Of a DNA stretch of 32,000 nt, positions 8,931-18,618 are shown in pieces. Position numbers and translations under genes: made by a program. Origin of the DNA: Promethearchaeia archaeon (GTDB lineage: Archaea > Asgardarchaeota > Lokiarchaeia > Sigyniarchaeales > SOKP01); contig JAWOFX010000111.1 of NCBI GenBank assembly GCA_046497275.1, positions 9,720 through 41,719 of the forward strand. The letters are read 5' to 3'. The notes under the pieces are model-generated. The model searched no databases. It saw only the letters and a list, made by a program, of their open reading frames with translations, and had not been told where the DNA came from. Position 1 is the stretch's first letter, and the number at the start of each line of letters is the position of its first letter.

Positions 8931-10292
8931 ATGGTAAATATCTTTCTTCAAATTTTTGTTTTGATTTGTTTTTTGGGGGTAGTTATAATTCTTTTTTTTG
9001 AAGAACATGATTATATTTACTTTACATTTTTATTTATCGTGATCGCGGGAATAACAACTGCTATATTTGTTCCAGAAGCTCGTTCCCTGGAATATTATGT
9101 CGAAGCCATTGAATGGGAGGTAGTTTTCTTTCTGATTGCGATGTTCACAATTGTCGAAATTCTTAAACAAAATAAAATATTTGATGAGATCGCACGCTTG
9201 ATTGTAATAAAATATCAACATAATCTAAGAAAGGCCTTCTATATAATTATTGTAATCTCTACTTTATTGGCTACAATTGTAGAGGATCTCTCCATAGCAA
9301 TGATATTTGCTCCAATAATTATTGTTGCAAGTCGAAAATTAAATATGAGACCAGCAGCATATTTATTAGGGATGACTATATGCATTAATATAGCCGCAAC
9401 ATTAACACCATTTGGATCTGCGCAAAATATATTAATCTCTACTGAATTTGGATTAGATATTTTTTGGTTTATTGTAAATTTAGCACCATATTTTATAATT
9501 TCATTATTTTCTTCACTATTTTTATTAGATAAAGGTATACTAAAAAAAGATATCCTTTATTGTTCTAATCATAAATGTACCCCAGATGACATCAATGAAA
9601 TTGATTTATTAGCTGAACCTAATATAGAAAAACATAAATTCATCCTTAATATTGTAGCTTTAATTATATTAATTATTTTATTCATAACAATCCCACAACT
9701 TTACTTAGCAGCACTCATTGGTGCATTATTATTTGGAGCAATTAATCCTGTTAATAAGAAAGACAAAGAAACCCAATCATTAAAAGTAAAGGTAAAAAAA
9801 AGAGTGTCTCTCTCCTATTATCTCTTGAAGGTCGATTATAAGCTTATTTATTTTTTTATGGCTCTATTCATTTTTGTAGGGCTTATGGAATTAAATGGAA
9901 CCATTGAGATCATTGAAAATTTGATCAAAAATGTATCAGCTGAAAATGAGTTTTTCCTCGCAATTATTATTCTCTTAACTACGTCTATATTAAGTGGATT
10001 GATAGATAACACTCCTGTCACCATTATTTTTATACCAATCGTTCGGGTATTATTCAATTTACCAGAATTTGCTCTTGGTCCATTAGTTATTGCATTTATA
10101 TTAGGTATCAATTTGGGTGGAAACTTTCTTCCACAAGGTTCAGCAGCCGATATGATGACACTTGAGATTAGTAGGGATAACAATGTTAAAGATATGTCCT
10201 ATAAAAGATTAACTAAAGTGGGTGGATTGTTCGCACTCTTCCATATTTTGTTAGGTGTTGGATATCTTGCTGTTATAGTTTTTTTATTCTAA
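8931..10292 (+). CDS. SLC13/ArsB/NhaD (CitMHS-type) ion-transporter superfamily permease
   Basis: About 11-12 TM segments; ATLTPFGSAQN, SGLIDNTP and NLGGNFLPQGSAA repeat motifs. Confidence 0.85.
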   Translation: MVNIFLQIFVLICFLGVVIILFFEEHDYIYFTFLFIVIAGITTAIFVPEARSLEYYVEAIEWEVVFFLIAMFTIVEILKQNKIFDEIARLIVIKYQHNLRKAFYIIIVISTLLATIVEDLSIAMIFAPIIIVASRKLNMRPAAYLLGMTICINIAATLTPFGSAQNILISTEFGLDIFWFIVNLAPYFIISLFSSLFLLDKGILKKDILYCSNHKCTPDDINEIDLLAEPNIEKHKFILNIVALIILIILFITIPQLYLAALIGALLFGAINPVNKKDKETQSLKVKVKKRVSLSYYLLKVDYKLIYFFMALFIFVGLMELNGTIEIIENLIKNVSAENEFFLAIIILLTTSILSGLIDNTPVTIIFIPIVRVLFNLPEFALGPLVIAFILGINLGGNFLPQGSAADMMTLEISRDNNVKDMSYKRLTKVGGLFALFHILLGVGYLAVIVFLF

Positions 10293-10402
10293 TCTTACAA
10301 ATTACAGTTCTTCTGGATCATTAAATTATCAGATTCTACCTTGTTATTTTTACTAAGAATTCAAATATAATTTTTTTATATGAATATGATTTACCAAATT
10401 AT

Positions 10403-11122
10403 ATGAATTATTCTGAAATCTTTAAAAAACGCTATTCCCTTTTTGCGGTAATCCATGTAAAGAATGAGACTCAAGCGCTAAGGCAATCTGAGCTTGCTTT
10501 TCAAAAGAAAGGCGACGGAATTTTTTTAATTAACCATGACTTTTGGCATGATAAATTGTATAAAATTTATAAAAAAGTAAGAGAATCCCATTCGGATCAA
10601 TGGATTGGATTAAATTGCTTGGTTCTAATGCCATTACAATTTTTTTCTACTGATTTTCCTAAAGATATTAATGGTTTATGGGATGATAACATAGAATTAG
10701 ATGAAAATTCTGACACTCAAACATATGCCCAAAAAGTTTTGGATAAGATTAAAGAATGTAGATGGGATGGTTTGTATTTCGGGGGAATTGCTTTTAAATA
10801 TCAAAAAAAAGTAGAAAATATTGAAAAAATGACAAAAATTGCTTCAAAATATACAGATGTGATTACTACATCTAGTGTTGCTACTGGAATTTCAGCAGAT
10901 TTAAATAAAATTTCTCTAATGGCAAAAATAGCGCATCAACACAATTCTCATCTAGCTGTTGCTTCTGGAATAACTCCTAATAATGTAGAGAATTATCCAG
11001 ATGCAGATTGTTTTTTGGTTGCAACAGGAATCTCAAAAGATTTTTATACAATAGATTCTCAAAAATTGGAACTTTTAGTCTCAGAAATAAAGGATATGAA
11101 TGATCGGTCTAATTCAATTTAA
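10403..11122 (+). CDS. BtpA/SgcQ-like TIM-barrel protein
   Basis: VIHV, DGIFLIN, FGGIAFKY, TSSVATG, VASGITP.N, ADCFLVATGI resemble the BtpA family pattern. Confidence 0.65.
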   Translation: MNYSEIFKKRYSLFAVIHVKNETQALRQSELAFQKKGDGIFLINHDFWHDKLYKIYKKVRESHSDQWIGLNCLVLMPLQFFSTDFPKDINGLWDDNIELDENSDTQTYAQKVLDKIKECRWDGLYFGGIAFKYQKKVENIEKMTKIASKYTDVITTSSVATGISADLNKISLMAKIAHQHNSHLAVASGITPNNVENYPDADCFLVATGISKDFYTIDSQKLELLVSEIKDMNDRSNSI

Positions 11123-11263
11123 CTTCTAGGTTTAATGCTCTTCTTTTTTTAATTTATAGTTAATTATTAAAATATCAGCCTATGCGTGAATATTTTTAAT
11201 TTTTTTAATCATTTTATTTTTTTCTTATTAAATATTATTATATCTATATTGAGATGATATAAA

Positions 11264-12517
11264 ATGAGTTTATCCGAGAGAGATAAAGAAATTGAAAAAC
11301 AAGCAATGAAAATTTTTAAGGAATGGCCACGGACAGAAATAATTTTTGGAAAAGATAAATTGAAAGATACTGGCATTTATGCCAAAGAATTTGGAGAAAA
11401 TGCATTAATTGTGATTGGGGGGGGATCAGTAAAGAGATTTGGTTATTTAGATGAATTAATTGAATCATTAGAAGCGGAAGGAATAACACATTCTCTTTAT
11501 GAAGGTGTCGAACCGAATCCTTCTAAAAATACTGTCGAAGATATAGCAGATACCTTTAATAAAGAAAAATATGATGTGACTATCGCTTTGGGTGGAGGAA
11601 GCACAATGGATGCAGCAAAAGCAGCTTTAATCCTAACAGGCACTGGAGACCATGACATTACAAAATATTTTGGAGTAAATAAAGTGAGTGATGAATTAGA
11701 TAGAATATCACCATGTATATGCATTCCAACAACCAGTGGCACATCTTCAGAAATTACTCGCTATTCAAACGTAACTCTTCCTGAAAAGGGAATAAAAAAG
11801 TTAATCTCAGACATCGCAATACATCCCCATTATGCTATAGTTGATCCTACTTTAACTATATCTTGCCCAAAAGATTTAACCTTAACCGTTGGATTAGATA
11901 CTATGACACATTCTATGGAGGGGTATTTAAATAGAGTCCAAGATGAAGGTAATGAAGATATTAATCAAAGAGCACTTTTTTCTTTAGAGTTAGTCTTTAG
12001 ATGGTTGGGTGTTGCTGTTAAAGAACCAGAAAATTATACAGGTAGAAAAATGATGTCTATTGCATGTCTATTAGGAGGAACTGTAATTGGGGGAAAAAGA
12101 TTTAAAGGTACTGCCGGACCTCATATGAACTCATTTTCTTGGGCAGATACAATTGCTCATGGAAAGGCAACCGGTATCATGATGCCATATTATATTGCGT
12201 ATTATGGTAAAAATCCTACAGTAATGAAAAAATTAGAACCTATCGCAGATATGCTTGGAGTAGAAAAAGGAAAAAATATCGGAACGAATGTAGCGAGTAA
12301 GATGTTAGAATGGTATGAGGAAATGGGATTTCCAACTAAAATAAGTGATTTGAAAGGATGGAAACAAGAATATAAAGAAAAAGCTATAAAAGATGCCGCA
12401 GAAAACACAATGAAATTAGAAGCTATGCCTAATCCCGTTCCATTAGATAAAGTGGAGGAGACCATCGGACCAATACTCGAAGCTGCTATAGACGGAGATT
12501 TATCTAGAATGAAATAA
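11264..12517 (+). CDS. Iron-containing alcohol dehydrogenase family protein
   Basis: GVEPNP, GGGS.MDAAK, PTTSGTSSE; metal ligands D/H (DTMTHS), H (GPH) and H (AHG) present. Confidence 0.92.
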   Translation: MSLSERDKEIEKQAMKIFKEWPRTEIIFGKDKLKDTGIYAKEFGENALIVIGGGSVKRFGYLDELIESLEAEGITHSLYEGVEPNPSKNTVEDIADTFNKEKYDVTIALGGGSTMDAAKAALILTGTGDHDITKYFGVNKVSDELDRISPCICIPTTSGTSSEITRYSNVTLPEKGIKKLISDIAIHPHYAIVDPTLTISCPKDLTLTVGLDTMTHSMEGYLNRVQDEGNEDINQRALFSLELVFRWLGVAVKEPENYTGRKMMSIACLLGGTVIGGKRFKGTAGPHMNSFSWADTIAHGKATGIMMPYYIAYYGKNPTVMKKLEPIADMLGVEKGKNIGTNVASKMLEWYEEMGFPTKISDLKGWKQEYKEKAIKDAAENTMKLEAMPNPVPLDKVEETIGPILEAAIDGDLSRMK

Positions 12518-12855
12518 AAAATTAATTTTTTCCCACTATCCCTTTTTTTTAAAATTTTTAACAAGAAAAGAGAAATTGTGATTCTATCTTCCTTACTTTT
12601 TAAAATGATGTATTTCTGCATCATATTTAAATAATATGAAGTATAAATTAGTAATGTCGAAATTAATTGGAGATATTTTTTTACCTCTATTATCATTAGA
12701 ATCTGGGTAATCTAAACTATTATACTTAATAGTTGTTTGAGAGTTAATATAAGGATCATTTAAGCAAAAAATTAAAAGAATCACCTAATTTTCGGCAATA
12801 ATACCTCGATTGATCAATTTAATTCCCAAATTAAGAAAAAGGAGAATAAAAAATA

Positions 12856-13830
12856 ATGTTAAATATATTTATAGCATTTTTAATCCTCATAGGCAGCATT
12901 ATTCTAATAATTTTTTCCAGTAATATTGCTGTTAAGCATTCTGCTGCTCTCGCCTCAAGCCTTGGAATCTCTAGCTTAATAATCGGAATTACTTTAGTTT
13001 CTATCGGTACCGATGTATCGGAAATATTTAATTCTATTATATCATGTGCGCTGGGACATGGAGATATCGATGTTGGTGATTCTGTAGGATCAAGTTTAAC
13101 TCAAATAACACTTGTTTTTGGACTCTTACCTCTAATATGCGGAAGTTTTATCGTAAAAAGAAAAGAATTTCTTATTATCGGTTCATGTTTAATTCTTTCA
13201 CTTATTCTGATATTCACTGTTGTAGAAAAGGGTTTTTTTACGCGATTAGATGCTCTTTTCATGATGCTTAGTTTCATATTCTACACAATGGTGACTTATA
13301 ACGTGACGAAAAGTGATATGCTTACGCAGGTTGATTTAATGATACATGAGGATGGTAATCAAACACTTCGAAAAAGAATTCATTTTTTGGTTTTTGCTAT
13401 TATTGGATTTGTGGGTGTTGGCCTTAGCTCATACTTAATTGTTCAAAGTATTATTTATTTATCCAGTCGATTTGATGTTAACGAATTTATAATTAGTTTT
13501 TTTCTTCTAAGCATCGGCACATCATTGCCAGAGCTTGCCGTTGACGTCACAGCGTTAAGAAAAAAAGAATATACTCTTGCTATAGGAGATATTATTGGTA
13601 GCTGTATCGTTGATTCAACCATTTCCATTGCAATCGGACAATTCTTATTTCCTCAAGCCGTTTCTGCCAATCTCGCTATACCAACTATCCTCTATACTAT
13701 TTTAGCTTCAATCATAGTAATTAGTGTGGTTTCTAAAAGACAAATTATGGATTGGAAATCTGGAATTTTATTCATATCGATTTATATCTTAGGATATCCA
13801 CTTCTACTTTCTATATTTTTTTATTCTTAA
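12856..13830 (+). CDS. Sodium:calcium exchanger family (YrbG/NCX_Mj-like) antiporter
   Basis: Two alpha-repeats (IGTDVSE and IGTSLPE), about 10 TMs; AAGGAG SD upstream. Confidence 0.88.
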   Translation: MLNIFIAFLILIGSIILIIFSSNIAVKHSAALASSLGISSLIIGITLVSIGTDVSEIFNSIISCALGHGDIDVGDSVGSSLTQITLVFGLLPLICGSFIVKRKEFLIIGSCLILSLILIFTVVEKGFFTRLDALFMMLSFIFYTMVTYNVTKSDMLTQVDLMIHEDGNQTLRKRIHFLVFAIIGFVGVGLSSYLIVQSIIYLSSRFDVNEFIISFFLLSIGTSLPELAVDVTALRKKEYTLAIGDIIGSCIVDSTISIAIGQFLFPQAVSANLAIPTILYTILASIIVISVVSKRQIMDWKSGILFISIYILGYPLLLSIFFYS

Positions 13831-13976
13831 TAGGTCATTTAATTTGGTTAGGACATGATAGAAATAAAATCTTTGAAAAAGTTTTTACTTTTATTAAAGG
13901 AAATAACGACTTATACTATTGAGAGAAATATTAAAGATGAGAACAGTAATATTATAAAAAAGAAAAAAATCTTTTT

Positions 13977-14495
13977 TTATCTTTTCAAGTTATAACTAGG
14001 TTTAATTTTGAATCCTTCAGGTACTCTATCTTCTCTCCATGGATTTTCTGATAATTCAAATTTAAATCCAACGATATCATCTCCACCAATCATATATACT
14101 TTTGGAGGTTTATCTCGAAGATCCTCGGGATTGATGAGTTCAGACCAATCAACTCGAAATTTCAATTCCGTTTTCACGCCCTCTCTTTTAAAAGCTTTAG
14201 CAGCTTCTTTAACATCCTTTACTCTAAAAGTAATATTGTGCAATCCTGGTCCTTTTTCTTTTAAGAATCTAGACCAAGTTGTTTCAATATCATCGCTGGT
14301 AGGTTCAATAAATTGTATAATCAGATTTCCTAACTGCACATGTACTGCTTTGATCACACCAATAGAAGACAAATTTTCAGCTAAATCTTCCTCTACTTTT
14401 TCCACTCCAAATATATTATATAAAAATTGATAAGCCTTCTCGGCATCTGGGACTACCACTTCAATATGTACTAATGGAGATACGTCAATAACCAT
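13977..14495 (-). CDS. VOC-family (glyoxalase / methylmalonyl-CoA epimerase-like) metalloenzyme
   Basis: HIEVVV, IQFIEP, GPGLHNITF, FELSE ligand pattern. The track's GTG at 14504 lies within an AGGTGA SD, so the ATG at 14495 is the likelier start. Confidence 0.85.
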   Translation of the reverse strand: MVIDVSPLVHIEVVVPDAEKAYQFLYNIFGVEKVEEDLAENLSSIGVIKAVHVQLGNLIIQFIEPTSDDIETTWSRFLKEKGPGLHNITFRVKDVKEAAKAFKREGVKTELKFRVDWSELINPEDLRDKPPKVYMIGGDDIVGFKFELSENPWREDRVPEGFKIKPSYNLKR

Positions 14496-14737
14496 AACTT
14501 TCACCTTTATGATATTTTTAAATTTGTATGGATATTATTTTTAGTTATATTTAAGAATATTGGAAATTCTGAGTATTTTAATCATAAAAACTTCAAAATA
14601 TTTCCTTATGTGTCAATTCTTTGTTTTTTAGGACAGATTTATAATTTAATCAGAAGCATTTTATTATTTAAAAACTTTTAAAGCATAGTCAATCAAAACT
14701 ACCAAGAAACACTATATTTTGTTGAGGATTTAGAAAT

Positions 14738-15418
14738 ATGAAAATTATAATTTTTGAACCCCATCCAGACGATCTATTATTCGGTCCTGGTCCTATATTA
14801 CTTGATTGGATTAAGGAAAACCATAATATCCATATTATAACAGTGACAGATGGCAGAGCATGTTATAGATCGGGCGAAGATTCTTATTCAGATGATGTTG
14901 CCACCATGACAGAAGATGATGTGGCAGAGATGAGAATAAATGAGGCAAAAAAAGCAATAGAGTTTTTAGGAATTCCCCATAAAAATCATCATTTACTGAA
15001 ATTCCATGATGCAGAAGGGCAAGAATATGTATCTAGAGCAATTGAAAAGGTGAAACCCCTTATTGAAGATGCTGAGCGTCTTGTGTTCCCAAGTGATAAC
15101 AATAAACATGATGACCACCAAGCAACCCACGATATTGCTGTAGGAGCAGCACAGGATTTAAACTTGAAGAGTGCTGAATATTTTATTTATGCGATACCAT
15201 CCTATGTAAGGTTTAGTGATGACTCGATTCAAAAACAATTAAATGTAAAAATTAGTGAGGAAAAAGCAAAAAAGCTAATGGAATGGTATCAGATTTATAA
15301 TTCTCAACATAAAATTAAATTTACAAATAAAATGTATCTGAGCTTTCTTAAAAATGTTAGAGAACGCACTTATGCTATATTCAAATACGATGATATTGGG
15401 AAATATAAAAATTTTTAA
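14738..15418 (+). CDS. PIG-L/LmbE-family deacetylase
   Basis: PHPDD and HDDH zinc motifs, VTDG, R..EA..A...LG. Confidence 0.9.
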   Translation: MKIIIFEPHPDDLLFGPGPILLDWIKENHNIHIITVTDGRACYRSGEDSYSDDVATMTEDDVAEMRINEAKKAIEFLGIPHKNHHLLKFHDAEGQEYVSRAIEKVKPLIEDAERLVFPSDNNKHDDHQATHDIAVGAAQDLNLKSAEYFIYAIPSYVRFSDDSIQKQLNVKISEEKAKKLMEWYQIYNSQHKIKFTNKMYLSFLKNVRERTYAIFKYDDIGKYKNF

Positions 15419-15455
15419 TCCGTATTTTTCTCAATAACTTTATAATAATTCGGAC

Positions 15456-16254
15456 TCAATTTTCTTCCTCTAGCTTCTTTGAATAAAGGTTACTTAATCT
15501 AATGAGTTCATCAAAGACTTTTTTTGCTTCCTTCCAAAACGCAAAAACATAAATTTATTATTTTCAAAAACTTTAGAGTTATTTCTCCTTTAAAATCATT
15601 GTTGGAGTTCCATTTTTTGTAATTTTCGATATTTAGTTGTCGTCCATTACATAATAGATCTACAATTTTATCAAGATCTAAGAAAACGAAATAATCTTTA
15701 AGATTAAAAATACTTATTCTAATTTTATCTTGTTCAGATAGATTTTCATCGGAATTGAGAAAGAACTTCATTCTTTCAACATTAACCGATTCATCTTCTC
15801 GTAATAACACGATAATTAAATATCTACTTTCGGATTAATAATTTTTATGAAATTTATCGATTATTACAGTTGGAGTTAATGAAAAGGTAAAATCAATAGT
15901 AATAAATCTGATTTCTTTTGGAAAAACTACTAACTCCTGATTTGCTTCGATACAATCTTTAAAATATTTCTCTACATGGATAAACAGGTCGGATCTCTTA
16001 TCGTTTGAGAGCACATCCTCATGACTAATTGAACAATTGAAAGAATGAAAGTATTGAATACTTAAATATTCGAGAATTGGATGAGCAAGAAGGCCAACAG
16101 CTCTAACTAAATTTAAGGATTTTTATAGGAAGTTTCTAAAATGATGTATAGATTAGCGGTCTAATATTTACGATCAATTCTCAGATTCATTTTCATTTTC
16201 ACTATTACGAGCCACTTCATACTTTCCAAGAAGTTGATAGATATATTCAAGAGG
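15456..16254 (-). pseudogene. Decayed gene with several in-frame stops and one frameshift (possibly nuclease-like)
   Basis: The frame of track ORF 15511-15810 continues upstream through TAA 15835-15837 into a 95-codon open stretch (15838-16122) and on to about 16254 past further stops. A +1 frame gives a natural-looking end, FWKEAKKVFDELIRLSNLYSKKLEEEN*, at 15456. Confidence 0.65.
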
Positions 16255-16300
16255 TTAAAAAAAATTAGAAGAGGCTGTATTGTAGAAAAAAATAAAAACA

Positions 16301-17074
16301 TTATTTAAGAAAGAACAGTAATTTTAAGAAACCTCCAATCCTTTTGATTGGAAAAAGGATAGCTGTTGATTCGATATATTCTAAATGATTAGTACCATCC
16401 CTTTTTATTAGTTCTTTATCCTCAATTTTTCCCATAATTATGCATGGGATGATTTGGATAAACCCAGAAATGAGAGCGATATAATTATTGGCAATTATCG
16501 CTAAAGCAAAACAGCCTAATGTAAGAGATAAATATAAAGGGTGACGGATGTAGCTATAGATCTCTCCCCTAACAATTGGAGTTTCTTCGGGAAAAATTGT
16601 ATAAATATCCATTCCATGAGTCACCATTTTAAATCCTGCTCTCTCAATATGTAAATTAACAAGAATAAACACAATGAAAAGGATAATTCCAATTAAAAGG
16701 GGGGTCCAAAATGGAAAAACCCAGATTGGGAATATAGGTGGACCCGAAATAAATAAAGGATGAAAAAAAATGGCATACCAGGTAATAAGAAGAGGTATTA
16801 TATATCGATAAAAATATTTTTGATATGCAAGATCTCCATATTTATTTCTATAATAATTAGCTCTTTTAATATGTACATATCCAATCATAGAAACAATAAT
16901 AGCCATGAAAATCTGAGTAATAATTGGCATGTACCATGCAATTCGATCGAGAAAGTAAAAATATATAATTGAAAGCCCAATCAACCCGAGTGAATAAATA
17001 ATGGTTAAGAATGCTTTTCCTTTAGATCGTAATGCTGGAACTTTTTCCAAAAATATTTTAAATTCTTCTTTCAT
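16301..17074 (-). CDS. Isoprenylcysteine carboxyl methyltransferase / PEMT-family membrane methyltransferase
   Basis: Multi-TM protein with GEIYSYIRHPLYL, followed by EDKEL..R.G..H.EY. Confidence 0.85.
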   Translation of the reverse strand: MKEEFKIFLEKVPALRSKGKAFLTIIYSLGLIGLSIIYFYFLDRIAWYMPIITQIFMAIIVSMIGYVHIKRANYYRNKYGDLAYQKYFYRYIIPLLITWYAIFFHPLFISGPPIFPIWVFPFWTPLLIGIILFIVFILVNLHIERAGFKMVTHGMDIYTIFPEETPIVRGEIYSYIRHPLYLSLTLGCFALAIIANNYIALISGFIQIIPCIIMGKIEDKELIKRDGTNHLEYIESTAILFPIKRIGGFLKLLFFLK

Positions 17075-17199
17075 AACAAAATCTCTTTTTTTGTAATTAA
17101 GCTTACATCCAATACTTTTATTTAATTATATAACAAATGGTGTAATTCATTATAAAACTCGGTAAGAATTTTGCCATTTTATCAATATTTTTTTGAACC

Positions 17200-17217
17200 A
17201 TACGAAAAAATTCGTAT
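17200..17217. promoter_or_regulatory. Perfect inverted repeat ATACGAA-AAAA-TTCGTAT, putative operator
   Basis: 7-4-7 palindrome in the divergent intergenic region between the methyltransferase and the wHTH gene; the right arm overlaps a TATAAA. Confidence 0.55.
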
Positions 17218-17286
17218 AAAAGCAAGGATTGTATATTAATTAATAAAGAAATATTTCCGCTCAATTAAATTGTAATTTGAATTGTT

Positions 17287-17748
17287 ATGAAGTATTATGA
17301 AAAAATCAATAAAGCCCTCGGATGCCTTAAATCGGCAAAAAGGTTCAAAATATTAAATCTATTATTAGAATACAATGATGGGCTACATTTTAATGAGATC
17401 GCAGAAGAATTATCCATAATTCCTTCAACATTGGAATATCATCTTAGAAATTTAGAAAAACAAAACCTCATCACACATTTTGATAATGTCTATATTAAAA
17501 ATGCCTATTCAAAATTAGTATGGAACTTATGTGAATCTCTTTACAAGCTTAATCCAATGATACCATATCTAAAAACTCATAAACTACCGATAAATGATCC
17601 TAATTTTTTACTGAATTTCACCAATTCCAATCCAATAATCCTTCCAGATTTAATTTCTATGTTAACCTTGATGAAGGAACTAGTTACGAGTAAATTTTCA
17701 AGATTTAGAATCGCTGGATCCTTTAATTTAGAATTTAAATTCAGCTAA
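17287..17748 (+). CDS. Winged-helix (ArsR-like) transcriptional regulator, possibly C-terminally truncated
   Basis: R.KILNLL...GLHFNEIAEELSI.PSTLEYHLRNLEK.NLI helix-turn-helix pattern. Confidence 0.8.
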   Translation: MKYYEKINKALGCLKSAKRFKILNLLLEYNDGLHFNEIAEELSIIPSTLEYHLRNLEKQNLITHFDNVYIKNAYSKLVWNLCESLYKLNPMIPYLKTHKLPINDPNFLLNFTNSNPIILPDLISMLTLMKELVTSKFSRFRIAGSFNLEFKFS

Positions 17749-17841
17749 AAGTGTTTTATTTCTTTCTTTTTAATAATAAAACATATTAAATCGCTAATAT
17801 TATTCAATACAGCGTATTCAAATTATATATTTTTCTAAAAT

Positions 17842-18603
17842 ATGGATAAAGAAAAGCTCCAAAAAGCAGCAGATATCATAAAAAATTCGAATCATATTGT
17901 AGTATTTTCTGGGGCAGGTATTTCTACCGAATCTGGGATACCTGATTTTCGAAGTGAAGCAGGACTTTGGTCGAAATATGACCCAAACATCTATGCTAAT
18001 TATAATTATTTCTTAAAAGATCCAACGCCTTTTTGGACCATGCATAACGAATTGACAGAAGAATTGGAGGAAGCGAAGCCTAATGCGGCCCATAAGGCAA
18101 TTGCTGAGCTAGAAAAAATGGGGAAAGTGAAAGCAATAATTACTCAAAATGTTGATATGCTACATCAACGTGCGGGAAGTGGAACTTATGAAGATATTCC
18201 TATTTATGAACTCCATGGTGCTTATGGAAAATTAAAATGTATTAAATGTGGGAAAGAATATGAATTTGATGAAATTGATACCAAAAATGTTGATTATCCT
18301 GTCTGTGAGGAATGTTCCGGTTATATAAAACCGAAAGTTATACTGTTTGGAGAATCCTTACCGAGTGGAACTATAGATGCCGCAATAAATTCAGTAATGA
18401 AAGCTGATTGTTTTATTATGGTAGGAAGTTCTCTCTTAGTCACTCCCGCGAATTTCTTACCCCCACTTGCAAAACGAAATAACGCAAAAGTAATCTTCAT
18501 AAATAAAGAGGACACAATGATGGATGAGATTGCTGATGTTTTTTTAAAGGGGAGTGCCGGAAAAATCTTTAAAAAATTAATGGACAGAATTAAAACTAGT
18601 TAA
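17842..18603 (+). CDS. cobB: NAD-dependent protein deacylase, Sir2 family
   Basis: GAGISTESGIPDFR, TQNVDMLHQRAG, ELHG, CxxC..CxxC, KPKVILFGE, GSSL.V.PA, INK. Confidence 0.95.
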   Translation: MDKEKLQKAADIIKNSNHIVVFSGAGISTESGIPDFRSEAGLWSKYDPNIYANYNYFLKDPTPFWTMHNELTEELEEAKPNAAHKAIAELEKMGKVKAIITQNVDMLHQRAGSGTYEDIPIYELHGAYGKLKCIKCGKEYEFDEIDTKNVDYPVCEECSGYIKPKVILFGESLPSGTIDAAINSVMKADCFIMVGSSLLVTPANFLPPLAKRNNAKVIFINKEDTMMDEIADVFLKGSAGKIFKKLMDRIKTS

Positions 18604-18618
18604 TTTTTCTAATTTTTA

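Noticed and set aside
9030-12784. Minus-strand track ORFs 9030-9221, 9848-10183, 11497-11742, 12202-12696 and 12593-12784
   Set aside because: The first four are antisense to well-supported genes; 12593-12784 has no motif and its GTG falls within an SD-like AGGTGA with no suitable downstream start.
14008-14430. 140-aa plus-strand ORF
   Set aside because: Antisense shadow of the VOC gene.
15456-16254. Selenocysteine or stop-codon readthrough as the explanation for in-frame stops
   Set aside because: Most stops are TAA, there is also a frameshift, no redox motif surrounds the TGA and no SECIS-like hairpin is visible; ordinary decay fits better. TGA-ending genes elsewhere (3594, 6811, 22262) show no convincing continuation.
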